From Candidatus Bathyarchaeota archaeon (GTDB lineage: Archaea > Thermoproteota > Bathyarchaeia > 40CM-2-53-6): 64,000 nucleotides of DNA. The translations under genes were made by a program, and so were the position numbers. Of the stretch, positions 9,765 to 19,144 are shown one piece after another. Location of the stretch: assembly GCA_963733055.1 (NCBI GenBank), contig CAVTBR010000002.1:256001-320000 (forward strand). The letters are read 5' to 3'. The stretch's first letter is position 1; each line of letters starts with the position of its first letter. The notes under the pieces were generated by a model. That model did no database searches and was not told the origin of the DNA. It saw only the letters and a program-made list of their open reading frames with translations.

Positions 9765-10493
9765 TCATTTTTCGAGAGACACTTCGAAGTTTTCGCCTAC
9801 TTTCAGTTCATGCAATTGTCGGTCGAAGTGTACATTCCTCATCGTTCTGATCTGCACCAGGTCCCTCGCTTTCTCATGTCCCTCGAGTCTGAAGTCGATG
9901 ATTCCGTCGGCTGATCCCTCCAGCTGCTTGTAGGCCCATTCGCTGTGGACGCCCTTCATGATCCCAAGGACTAGGGTTGATCGTCTCACTGATGCGATCG
10001 GATAGACTCGAGTGAGCATGAATTCGATCCAAGACTTCTCGTCGTTGAACCTTGCTAGAGTCGAGAAGCTGTCCGCGATTCTGAGCGACTCAGGCCATTC
10101 AGTTTCTTCAGGGTCTTTCAGGTCGTCCTCGGTAAGACGGAATTCTATACTCTGGTCGGCGACTTTGAGCGAATCGATTCCATATTTTTCCTTCGATTTG
10201 TGCCCTAACGTGGGGGTATACCAGTCGTACACTCGCAACCTATCGCGCCTCTCCAAATCATCTACGTTCAAACCAACCCTTGCGAGTAGCATCCGGACGT
10301 AGTTGGGGGGTTTAACGAATCCGTTGTAACCGACGGTCCCTCCGTCCGTGACCCATCCCGCCGCGATTGTGACGCAGGAATTGTACCATTGGGAGTCGGG
10401 GTCAAATTCTACCAAAAGATTTGAACCCAAAGGTACAGGGCCTTTCGTCAGGTCTTCGATTAATGGAATCCTAGGCAAATCTGAAGCGCACAT
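9765..10493 (-). CDS. RAD55/KaiC-like RecA-fold protein with a degenerate Walker A
   Basis: IPLIEDLTKGPVPLGSNLLVEF start, IADSFSTL Walker-B region, ADGIIDF and RTMR; P-loop replaced by DPDSQWY. Confidence 0.8.
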   Translation of the reverse strand: MCASDLPRIPLIEDLTKGPVPLGSNLLVEFDPDSQWYNSCVTIAAGWVTDGGTVGYNGFVKPPNYVRMLLARVGLNVDDLERRDRLRVYDWYTPTLGHKSKEKYGIDSLKVADQSIEFRLTEDDLKDPEETEWPESLRIADSFSTLARFNDEKSWIEFMLTRVYPIASVRRSTLVLGIMKGVHSEWAYKQLEGSADGIIDFRLEGHEKARDLVQIRTMRNVHFDRQLHELKVGENFEVSLEK

Positions 10494-10548
10494 CTGTTCC
10501 TAACAAATCTCACCGTGTCGCGTCTAGTTAAACAGTATACCAGAGACA

Positions 10549-10790
10549 CTAGAGACTTCTTCTGAACATGAGAGTAGCTATGACGAGCATGAGTCCGGTG
10601 AAGACGCCGAGGAAAGCAAAATCACCAATGACTCCCGCTAAGTTTGAACCCTTGTACATCAGGAGGCGCAGCGCGTGAACTGCGTATGCCTCGGGGTTAA
10701 CTAATGCGAAGGTTCTCATCCGGGCCGGAAAACCTTGACTTGGGCATATGGCACAGCTTGTGAAGCGGAAGATGAAGTTTAGCGGGCCGA
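10549..10790 (-). pseudogene. C-terminal remnant of an ABC-2 type transporter permease
   Basis: VNPEAYAVHALRLLMYKG...FLGVFTGLMLVIATLMFRRSL is a typical ABC-2 permease C-terminus; upstream part decayed; left boundary approximate. Confidence 0.65.
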
Positions 10791-10986
10791 GCGCGAATCG
10801 AAGGATATCGGCATTAGCGGCCCAAACAGCGACGGCCGCCATCCTCGAAAGCAAGTAGGCGCTGAACTCGCTAGGATGAAAACCGACACTTCATGTGACT
10901 GTATCTATCGGTTCTCAGTCAAGTGTGTGTGACTAGTTCTCTACTATCGCTCGTCAGTAAATAGGTCGAACCACACTGTTCAGCTC

Positions 10987-11913
10987 GTGATGCCCAAAAT
11001 GAGTAAAGGTTCTTTGCAAATACTGCAATCGTTCTCCGACGCCATGACGGAACTAGCCGACAGGGTCGGTTCGTCTGTGGTTAGGGTGAGGTCTAGGAGA
11101 GGGTTCGGTTCAGGCGTAGTCTGGAGCGAAGACGGATACATCCTCACTTGCAGCCACGTCGTCGGAAGAGCCGCAACCGTTGAAGTAGGTTTCGGAGAAG
11201 GCCCGAGACTTGAGGCCAGAGTCATTGGACACGACCCATATTCGGATATGGCGTTGTTGAAGGTCGAGCAAACCGGTTTGAAACCGGTTGAAGTTGGGGA
11301 CTCGGAGGCGGTCGAGGTCGGACAGCTCGTCTTTGCTCTCGCCAACCCGTTCGGTGGAAATCCAAGCACCACATCAGGAATCGTCACCACCGCTAAGGCC
11401 TCATTGGGTTGGGGACCCGGTTCGATCGAGGACATGATTGTGACAGACGCTCCCTTGAATCCAGGCTACTCGGGAGGTCCGCTCGTCAACGCTTCAGGTG
11501 AGATGATTGGGCTCAATGTGGGCTACGCGAACTCTCGGGGGATCTCAATTCCAATTAACGCGATCAAGGGCACGATTACCGCCCTCGTCAACGAAGGGAA
11601 GGTCAGGATCGCACACCTCGGAATCAGCACTGACACTATAACTCTCTCGAAGCGCTTGGTCGATCAGGCAAAAATAGGCCAAGAAGAGGCTCTGCTGGTG
11701 CTCGAAGTAGAAACCGACAGCCCCGCAAAGAGAGCAGGCCTATTGATAGGAGACATTTTGGTAACCTTCGACAAGACACCGATCACCAGCCACAATGACC
11801 TGTACCGTCGGCTAACAAAAGACGCCATTGGAAAATCAATCGACATAGGAGTACTACGAGCAGAGAAGCTACTCAAGCTGACAATCACTCCCACTGAAGA
11901 CACCCCTCAATAA
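10987..11913 (+). CDS. HtrA/DegP-family trypsin-like serine protease with PDZ domain (no signal peptide)
   Basis: LTCSHVV, DMALL and NPGYSGGPL catalytic motifs; C-terminal PDZ (SPAKRAGLLIGD). Confidence 0.93.
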   Translation: MMPKMSKGSLQILQSFSDAMTELADRVGSSVVRVRSRRGFGSGVVWSEDGYILTCSHVVGRAATVEVGFGEGPRLEARVIGHDPYSDMALLKVEQTGLKPVEVGDSEAVEVGQLVFALANPFGGNPSTTSGIVTTAKASLGWGPGSIEDMIVTDAPLNPGYSGGPLVNASGEMIGLNVGYANSRGISIPINAIKGTITALVNEGKVRIAHLGISTDTITLSKRLVDQAKIGQEEALLVLEVETDSPAKRAGLLIGDILVTFDKTPITSHNDLYRRLTKDAIGKSIDIGVLRAEKLLKLTITPTEDTPQ

Positions 11914-12367
11914 CCAATCCCGCCCGAGGCTCCGAACCTATGGGTTGCATCGAACCTGCAATCTAGAGACGTCGAACCGTAAGTACACAACCCATTCTCT
12001 TCTTTATTCCTCGACCCCCTCCTCACTTTGTCCCTTGCCAACCTCCTTGATCTTACTTTGAATCATGTTCGGAAGCTGATAGCCACAGATCTTGCATACC
12101 CACGACTCATCGTAATCATGGCAGCAGCCATCCTCTTTCTCTTTCAAGACTACTCAGCCTCCAACATTACCGAATTTAGACCGTGGGGCTGTTTGAACCC
12201 TATTGAAAGACACACCCAACCCCTACGTCAAATTATCAAGCCATGGGCCCGATCTGTGATTATGTTCACACGTCCATGCCCACGTGGCTGACGAAAGCCA
12301 TCCCCAAGATTTACCTAGGGCCAAGGAGGAGAAGGCAATCGATTATTTCTCGATAGAGAGGACTCTC

Positions 12368-13069
12368 ATGCAATCAAACTCCAGCTGCTCGATTTGTAAG
12401 TGCGAAGCTGAGTCATGCGAGAATTGTCTGACACCTAGCGAATGCTCGAGCAGCGCGTCTTGCTGCTGCCCAGCGACCCACACCGCTTGGAAGGTTGGAA
12501 GGATTCATCTTGGAATTATCGTAGAATACCTTAGCCTCGGGTGGATGGTTGTTGAGGTTATTGGCTCAATTGGAATCGGTTTGCTTTCGAGTAGCTTAGC
12601 TCTGATCGCGTTTGGCAGCGACAGTCTTGTGGAACTGATTTCTGGGTACGCCGTTCTAAATCATCTGAAAGATGATTCACGGGGCTCTGGCGACCTCGGT
12701 GAGAGAACCGAGAAAATCACGAAACTACTACTCGTTGCACTGATCCCGATAATCGGGTTGACCGCAATTTACTCATACTCAATGGGTATACGGCCCGAGT
12801 CTTCTCCCCTTGGTATAGCGGTGGCTGTTGGAGCGGTGTTCATCATGCCCATTCTATGGGTTCAGAAGAAGAGAATTGGAAGGGAAACAAACTGCGTCCC
12901 ACTCTCAATTGATGCCGTAGAATCCGCAACCTGCTTCCTCATGGCTCTCGCCTTGCTCGGCAGTCTCCTCGTTAACTATCTCTTCAAAATATGGTGGATA
13001 GATTACGCAGCTACGGCAATCATTCTAGCGTTCGTTGGAAAAGAGTGCCTGGAAGCGTTCCGCGAATAA
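12368..13069 (+). CDS. Cation efflux (CDF-like) membrane protein with a Cys-rich N-terminus
   Basis: SLALIAFGSDSLVE, DAVES..C and WWIDY motifs; about 6 TM; ATG 12368 preferred over GTG 12284. Confidence 0.8.
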   Translation: MQSNSSCSICKCEAESCENCLTPSECSSSASCCCPATHTAWKVGRIHLGIIVEYLSLGWMVVEVIGSIGIGLLSSSLALIAFGSDSLVELISGYAVLNHLKDDSRGSGDLGERTEKITKLLLVALIPIIGLTAIYSYSMGIRPESSPLGIAVAVGAVFIMPILWVQKKRIGRETNCVPLSIDAVESATCFLMALALLGSLLVNYLFKIWWIDYAATAIILAFVGKECLEAFRE

Positions 13070-13105
13070 TCCCGAAACATGCTAAAGCTGTTTGCCGGAA
13101 CCGGT

Positions 13106-13981
13106 TCACATATCAGACATCTTCAGCGCGGCATTTGCACTCCGCGCTTTGATTGGCCTCTTTCCATCTCGTCGACCATCGTGTTTTAGTCGGGATGCAC
13201 GAATTTTATGGTCGTGAATTATTCTTCTTATCAGCTGTTTTGTTTGCTTCGGGCCTGAGACTGATATGCAGTGGATGCCTGTGCTCCTCATGATGTAGTC
13301 GTTTCCACCTCTGAACAACGCATCGCCAACGTATAGCATGTCTTCCTTCTTCACACCTAGCCGTTCTCTTAGCTTCTCTACGCATAATGTCTTGTTTACC
13401 CCCTTTCTCGTGACATCAATTGATGTGGTTCCGCCGATAGAAATCTCGAAGTTGTGCAATTGGATTCTCAGGAGCCTCCTTATCCTCTGTCGCTTCTGCT
13501 GGGTTGGGTCCCACGTCCGTTTCAGCCTTAGCGGAGCTTTCTGACCCAAGGCTGAAAAAGTAACTTGGCTTCCTCTGTTCTCAAAAACGGGTCCGTATGT
13601 CCTTGCCGGTTGGGAATATCCAATTGCCTGGAAAACCTTCGCAAAAGATCTCAGAATTTTCTTGACGTCTCGAATAGACAGGACATTGGTGTAAGCCTGA
13701 TAGAAACGGCGGCGTTTGCTGTCATAATAGTAACCGCGTGATGAAGAGGTTGGAAACAACAGCAGGTTGCGTAAGTTGGCGTTCTTTGGCAGCCCGCTTA
13801 TGAATTGGCTGCTGAACTGCTGAAAAGACCCTCCCGATGTAATGGCAACGTACTTTACCCGAAGCAGTTCGCGAATGAGCGACGCCATTTCATGGTCGAT
13901 GTGGGACTTGCTCTTTGTGAGAGTACCGTCAAGGTCAAAGATGATGATTCTTTTATGCGATAAGGAAATCTTACGGCTCAT
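13106..13981 (-). CDS. HAD-IIB hydrolase, eukaryote-type phosphomannomutase family
   Basis: FDLDGTLT, SGG, ENRGSQVTFSALGQ, IGGTTSIDV and GDALFRGGND. Confidence 0.85.
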   Translation of the reverse strand: MSRKISLSHKRIIIFDLDGTLTKSKSHIDHEMASLIRELLRVKYVAITSGGSFQQFSSQFISGLPKNANLRNLLLFPTSSSRGYYYDSKRRRFYQAYTNVLSIRDVKKILRSFAKVFQAIGYSQPARTYGPVFENRGSQVTFSALGQKAPLRLKRTWDPTQQKRQRIRRLLRIQLHNFEISIGGTTSIDVTRKGVNKTLCVEKLRERLGVKKEDMLYVGDALFRGGNDYIMRSTGIHCISVSGPKQTKQLIRRIIHDHKIRASRLKHDGRRDGKRPIKARSANAALKMSDM

Positions 13982-13992
13982 GTCCGACGGAC

Positions 13993-14928
13993 CTAACTGT
14001 AGCTTTCTAAGGTTTCTACCAGCAATTTCATGGGGACGCTCGCGACACCGCAGGTTCTGTCCGCTCCCCCGTAAAAGACCTTGAGCTCATCCTTTACCAA
14101 GACTGCACCTTCCGGAAAGACAACGTTCGGTACCACCCCAGTCCTTTCGAAGGCTTCTTCCGGTTCAAGGATAGGTTCCGGAGTTCGCGCCATCATGCGT
14201 AGCGGGTTTTCAAGATCAAGAAGGGCTGCACCGGCACGATATACAGTGTTAGAATCCACGCCATGATAGATGACTACCCATCCGATGCCGGTTCGGATTG
14301 GGGGCGGTCCTATCCCGACCTTCCGTTCTTCCCACTTCCACTTTGGTTTCATGATAATGTTTGTTTCTATGCGTTTGAGGTAGTTCTTCGAGTATGGGTT
14401 TTGCGACACCTTTTCCATCTCTTTGATATTATGGTAGAGAGCCAGCTCGATGTTTGGCGCTATTCTATGGACAACGGCGAATTTTCCGTCGATAAGCTGA
14501 GGGAATAGGGCGGCGTCCTTGTCGTCGTAGTCAGGTCCCACTACTCCGTAGCGTTCATAATTCATGAAGTCTGTAGTCGACGCTAGAGCTACTCGCGGAC
14601 CCCGTGGCGAATACGCGGTGTAGAAAACGTAGAATCCGCCATCGAATGCTGTTATGCGAGGATCTTCACAACCCAGTACTTCCCAAGAGTCAACCGGAGC
14701 GAAAACAGGTCGCGCAGATCGTTCTACGATTGCTTCGCCATCCATCGTTGTTGCGTGGCCCAGGGATGAAATCTTATTCTCATTCACAGCTCTGTATAAT
14801 ATATGAACAACGTCACCTTTCTTTACTGCTCCGGGGTTGAAGGCACCACCGACTTCCCAGTTTATACCGGGTCTTGGTTCAATGATGGGATTTTTGGAAC
14901 TTCGGACCAGCTTGATGCTCATCAACAC
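13993..14928 (-). CDS. GH130-family glycoside phosphorylase/glycosidase (5-bladed propeller)
   Basis: AFNPG, EDPRI, DKDAALFP, HR, KVG, IYHGV, PNVVFP and YGGAD motifs. Confidence 0.88.
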   Translation of the reverse strand: MLMSIKLVRSSKNPIIEPRPGINWEVGGAFNPGAVKKGDVVHILYRAVNENKISSLGHATTMDGEAIVERSARPVFAPVDSWEVLGCEDPRITAFDGGFYVFYTAYSPRGPRVALASTTDFMNYERYGVVGPDYDDKDAALFPQLIDGKFAVVHRIAPNIELALYHNIKEMEKVSQNPYSKNYLKRIETNIIMKPKWKWEERKVGIGPPPIRTGIGWVVIYHGVDSNTVYRAGAALLDLENPLRMMARTPEPILEPEEAFERTGVVPNVVFPEGAVLVKDELKVFYGGADRTCGVASVPMKLLVETLESYS

Positions 14929-14978
14929 TTCATCTCCCTGTTGGACAGGACCCCCGCGAGGGACAAGTCGCTATGTTT

Positions 14979-15941
14979 TCATGTTGCAAGTAGATTAGCC
15001 AGTTTCAGCAGTCCTAGATCCAAAGTCTTCAGCGTATTGCATGACTTGTGAAGCTCGACACTTCCAATCCCGCCATCTTGCAGCCCGACTACTCTGCCGC
15101 CTTCTTCCTTCGACAATAGCTGGATGGCTTTCTGTGCGAACAAGTTCGCCAAGAGCCTACTCCTAGCCGTGGGGCTGCCGCCTCTTTGGGCATAGCCAAT
15201 TATGCTTAGTCTGACATCCGCTTTTGTGTTTTGTTGAATCTCTCTCGCAAGTTGACGCGTGTCTCCTATTCCTTCCGCCGCCACGATGAGGCCTGACTTC
15301 TTTCCTTTGGCCATATTTTCCCTTACTGTCTCGAAAAGTTTCGCGCTTTGATATTTTACTTCTGGAACAAGAATTATCTCGGCGCCAACGGTGAGGCCGA
15401 CCTGCAACGCGAGAAAACCACTTTCTCGCCCCATCACTTCAATGATGAAGACTCTTTCAAGGGAAACTGCAGTGTCTCGTATCTTGTCGATTTCGGCAAC
15501 GGCAGTGTTTACAGCCGTATCGAAACCTATGGTTTCCTCGGTTCCAAATACATCGTTATCGATTGATGCAGGAATTCCAACTATCATCGTATCAGTATAC
15601 GAACTCAGTTCAAGGGCTCCTTTGAAAGAGCCGTTACCGCCGATGACTACAAGTCCATCGACGTTGTTTAATTCGAGGGTTTCGGAAGCTTTCTCAAGTC
15701 CTTCCTTCTTCTCGAATTCCGGGCACCTGGACGTGTGCAGAATTGTTCCACCTAACTGAAGAATTCCGCTTACGGTGCGGGGCGGCAATTGCATAGACGT
15801 ATTCGTAATCAAGCCTTCCCACCCTCTCCTGAACCCCAGAACTTGAAACTTCTTAGAAGAGGCGATACGGACGACACCTCTGATAGCAGTGTTCATGCCA
15901 GGCGCATCTCCACCAGTTGTAACAACGGCTATCCTCTTCAT
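14979..15941 (-). CDS. pfkA: ATP-dependent 6-phosphofructokinase, bacterial PfkA type
   Basis: TTGGDAPGMN, GGTILHTSR, GGNGS, PASIDND, IEVMGR and QRGG. Confidence 0.93.
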   Translation of the reverse strand: MKRIAVVTTGGDAPGMNTAIRGVVRIASSKKFQVLGFRRGWEGLITNTSMQLPPRTVSGILQLGGTILHTSRCPEFEKKEGLEKASETLELNNVDGLVVIGGNGSFKGALELSSYTDTMIVGIPASIDNDVFGTEETIGFDTAVNTAVAEIDKIRDTAVSLERVFIIEVMGRESGFLALQVGLTVGAEIILVPEVKYQSAKLFETVRENMAKGKKSGLIVAAEGIGDTRQLAREIQQNTKADVRLSIIGYAQRGGSPTARSRLLANLFAQKAIQLLSKEEGGRVVGLQDGGIGSVELHKSCNTLKTLDLGLLKLANLLAT

Positions 15942-16133
15942 CTATCGCTCTCTCCGTTTGGGAATTTGGGATACGTCTTTCTCTCATGAACTAAGCTGAC
16001 ATATTTTGACCTTGATGTTGCCATTGTAAGGTCAAGAATAGCTTCGCTTGCCCACTTTGTTGGCGCGTTTACTCGCTGTTGAAGCCTTCAAGGCTATCTG
16101 TAATTAGGCGAGGCCTGAAACTTTGAGGGACAA

Positions 16134-17204
16134 ATGACGGCGATACAATCTGACCTCGATGGTCTTGTACAAGGCCTTCACCACATTACGCTCGTAACCT
16201 CAAACGAAGAATTGAACCGGCGGTTCTACACCGAAATCCTCGGCCTACGCCGAGTAAAACTTACGGTAAACCAGGACGACATCTTTCATAGGCATCTCTT
16301 TTATGCCAATGACAAGGCCGAGACGGGTAGTGCAATTACCTTCTTCGAATGGCCCGGTTTGCCCAAAGGCGTTCCCGGACTCTCGTCTCCCCATCATCTC
16401 TCATACGCCGTGGCTACTTTGGATGCGCTTCCGAAATGGCGGGCGTGGCTACTCTCGCACGGAGTTTCCGTCAGCAACCCACTCGTCCGCGACGGTCGCA
16501 TCTCCCTCTACCTGAAAGATCCAGACGGGGTTATGGTAGAGATTACCAAACCAACTGACGAAGACATCACCCAAGACTACCTACGTGAACTGAATCGTGA
16601 CGCCTCCGATGTCGGAGAGATTAGCCCTGGCATGATGCTGACGTCGTTCAACCACGCTAGCCCCGTAACATTAAACCCGGAGGTTACAATTCGGTTTCTA
16701 GACAAACTACTTGGTTTGAAGTGCTTCTACAAACGAACGAATCCAGACCAGAAGGATACAGCCATAGTTGGTATTGGCAATGAGGATCGACCCGATTTTC
16801 TGCGCTACTTCACGTCTCCAAAGGCGCCCCTGGGGGAGGTGGGGACGGGGAGTGTACATCACATAGCGATGTGTGTCGAGGATGAAGCGTCGCAGCAGAG
16901 GATACTCCGTCAAATGAATACGTTGAACGTACATAACTCCGGAGTAATTGACCGGTTCTGGTTCAAATCGCTCTACTTCCGTGATCCGGATGGGAATCTT
17001 CTTGAAATCGCAACCAAAGGTCCCGGATATGGCGCTGACGAACCTGCCGAGAAGCTTGGGTCAAGATTAGTACTTGCGCCGTGGTTGGAGCCGAAGAGGC
17101 TTGAAATTGAGGGAGCGCTCAAGGAACTCGATGCGGGAAACGCGCATACCTGGCCGCCGAGCTATCCGGCCGTTCCCTCACCACCAGAAACCCTTTCCAA
17201 TTAA
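16134..17204 (+). CDS. VOC/glyoxalase-family ring-cleaving dioxygenase (MhqO/LinE-like)
   Basis: GLHHITL, TVNQDD..HLFY, VHHIA and DRFWFKSLYFRDPDGNLLEIAT. Confidence 0.88.
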   Translation: MTAIQSDLDGLVQGLHHITLVTSNEELNRRFYTEILGLRRVKLTVNQDDIFHRHLFYANDKAETGSAITFFEWPGLPKGVPGLSSPHHLSYAVATLDALPKWRAWLLSHGVSVSNPLVRDGRISLYLKDPDGVMVEITKPTDEDITQDYLRELNRDASDVGEISPGMMLTSFNHASPVTLNPEVTIRFLDKLLGLKCFYKRTNPDQKDTAIVGIGNEDRPDFLRYFTSPKAPLGEVGTGSVHHIAMCVEDEASQQRILRQMNTLNVHNSGVIDRFWFKSLYFRDPDGNLLEIATKGPGYGADEPAEKLGSRLVLAPWLEPKRLEIEGALKELDAGNAHTWPPSYPAVPSPPETLSN

Positions 17205-17206
17205 TA

Positions 17207-17825
17207 CTACTCCGCTCCCATAAACAGTGAGTCAAGGAAACCCACAGACTCAGTTAATGAGTTTATTCGCATATCGGGTTCCACCTTCAAATCGCCATAC
17301 TGTCTAGCCTTCCGCGCCAAAACGAACAATGAGTCAGGTCTCCACTTCGAAACATCCTCCGTGCCCTGTTCTAAGAGAATCGCACGCATCCCCGCATGTT
17401 TGGCTCCCGCAATATCAGTTGTGGGATCGTCGCCTACATGAACGATGTTCGACAGCTCCGTGTCGAGCAACCGAGCAGCTTCGTTGAAGATTCTCTGGTC
17501 CGGTTTGCGGCATCCCATCTCATTTGAGAAGACTGTTGCATCGAAAAATTTCAGCACATCATTAGTTTGCAGAAGTTTGCGGAGCGCTTCTCCCGGGCTT
17601 CGCCCCGTATTGCTGATGAGCCCAATCTTGTACCCTCGGTCTCGCAGCACGCGAAGAACCTTTCTTGATTGCGGCCATAGGCAAATCGATTCCGTGATTC
17701 GTGAGTTCACGTTGCAGGCCTTCGTATCTGTCTCGACCTCGGACTTCATCGCGGTCGGGTTCGTCGAAAATCAGTGTCTCCCAGAGGTCGAAGGTAACGC
17801 ATCGGATACTATTCTTGACTTGCAC
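17207..17825 (-). pseudogene. HAD-superfamily hydrolase, broken by a frameshifting internal deletion near 17660
   Basis: Motif I (FDLWETL) is in the 17562..17825 frame; motifs II-IV (ISNT, KPD, HVGDD..TDI.GA) are in the 17207..17749 frame; most of the cap domain appears missing. Confidence 0.75.
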
Positions 17826-17971
17826 GCCTGCGCCTCTGCGATACTGGTCTAAATTAGTTTCTCGGTGTGTCGACTCAGGCTACGTCAGCCCAGTAGCTTT
17901 GATAGATGAAGGAAAAAGAAAAGTTCAGGGGCTTTATAGGCCCGAGAACAAGTTGGGATTTTCGCGCCGAT

Positions 17972-18730
17972 CTAGGAGACGGAGCTTACGTTGATGTAGT
18001 TCCCCGGACAGGATGCGCCGCTCGAGCTTGTGTTAGAGCCCTGAAGTAGCTGACCAGTCACAGTCGCCCATGACCCGTTGCCTGGAGCGTTTGATGGCAG
18101 ATTGTGCAGCGTGTAGTATTGGTAGGTGTAGCTTTCCGAGTAGACTGCGTTGGCTATCGGTATCACTAGCACTGTGCATCCGTTCTGTGCTTGGAATATG
18201 TAACCAGAGCAACTGACCGTGTTGTTGGAAGAAGAATTGGCCTGGCATGGCGGAACGAAGTTGCCGTTGTAGTAACCAAAGTAGGCGCCCTGGTAGTAGC
18301 CCGGCACCCACGGATTGGGTGGATTGTATGGGTTATAGGTGTTGTAGCCTGGCCCCGGAGAGTACATGCATCCGTAAGGCGAGCAGTACTGGTAGTATGA
18401 GGGGTTTGTTCCTAGGCCGCTTCCGGATGAGGTCGCGCCGCCGTTCGTGACTGTTACTGCTTGGGTGACTTGATTCAAGCTTGTTACAGTTTGGACTTGT
18501 GTGCTGTAGACACTCTGGGTGTTCGTAAGAAATTGCTGCTGGGTTACTGTGTTGATGTGTGGATTCATTGCTGTGTACCCTGCAAATCCTAAGCTCAAGA
18601 TTGCGACGAGGACTAGGCCGATGATGCCTGCGGTGCGGACGGAATGACCTCCCTTGGTTGTCTGTCCGGTGGGTTGATTGGTTGGTTTGGATTGTTTCGG
18701 AGTAGATTCGTTCTCGTTGTTTTCACTCAA
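17972..18730 (-). CDS. Membrane-anchored extracellular protein, Thr/Gln-, Tyr/Pro- and Cys-rich
   Basis: One N-terminal TM (AGIIGLVLVAILSLGFAGY) followed by low-complexity and Cys-containing segments; TTG start 18730 inferred. Confidence 0.7.
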   Translation of the reverse strand: MSENNENESTPKQSKPTNQPTGQTTKGGHSVRTAGIIGLVLVAILSLGFAGYTAMNPHINTVTQQQFLTNTQSVYSTQVQTVTSLNQVTQAVTVTNGGATSSGSGLGTNPSYYQYCSPYGCMYSPGPGYNTYNPYNPPNPWVPGYYQGAYFGYYNGNFVPPCQANSSSNNTVSCSGYIFQAQNGCTVLVIPIANAVYSESYTYQYYTLHNLPSNAPGNGSWATVTGQLLQGSNTSSSGASCPGNYINVSSVS

Positions 18731-19144
18731 TATTCGATCGCCGTTTGCTACGTTTCCAAGAAAATTTGTTAAGCTTATTTCCACTCGGTAGAACTCTACA
18801 CTGAAAAGTAGAATTTGCCGGACTCCCGGTAAAATGAGCGGCATGGAGGATGCGTTTCGTCGCCGGTTGATGACAATGCGCCAAAAGAGGGGATTCTAGG
18901 TCAACCCTTGTCCGAAACTTCGGGTGCACGTGCAAATTTTACATCGGCCAGATCGAATCCCTAGCATTTGGCGGATCAGAGCGAAGAAAGCTGACCATAA
19001 CCGATGACGCCCTTTCGGACCCAATTGCGACCGAGAGCTGACAACCCTATGGTGTTCTACGCGTAGTTTCATCCTCTTAAATGGACGAATGGTTCAATCT
19101 GTTAATAACGGCGTAATGGGTTTCATATATTCGCTGGGTGCGAC

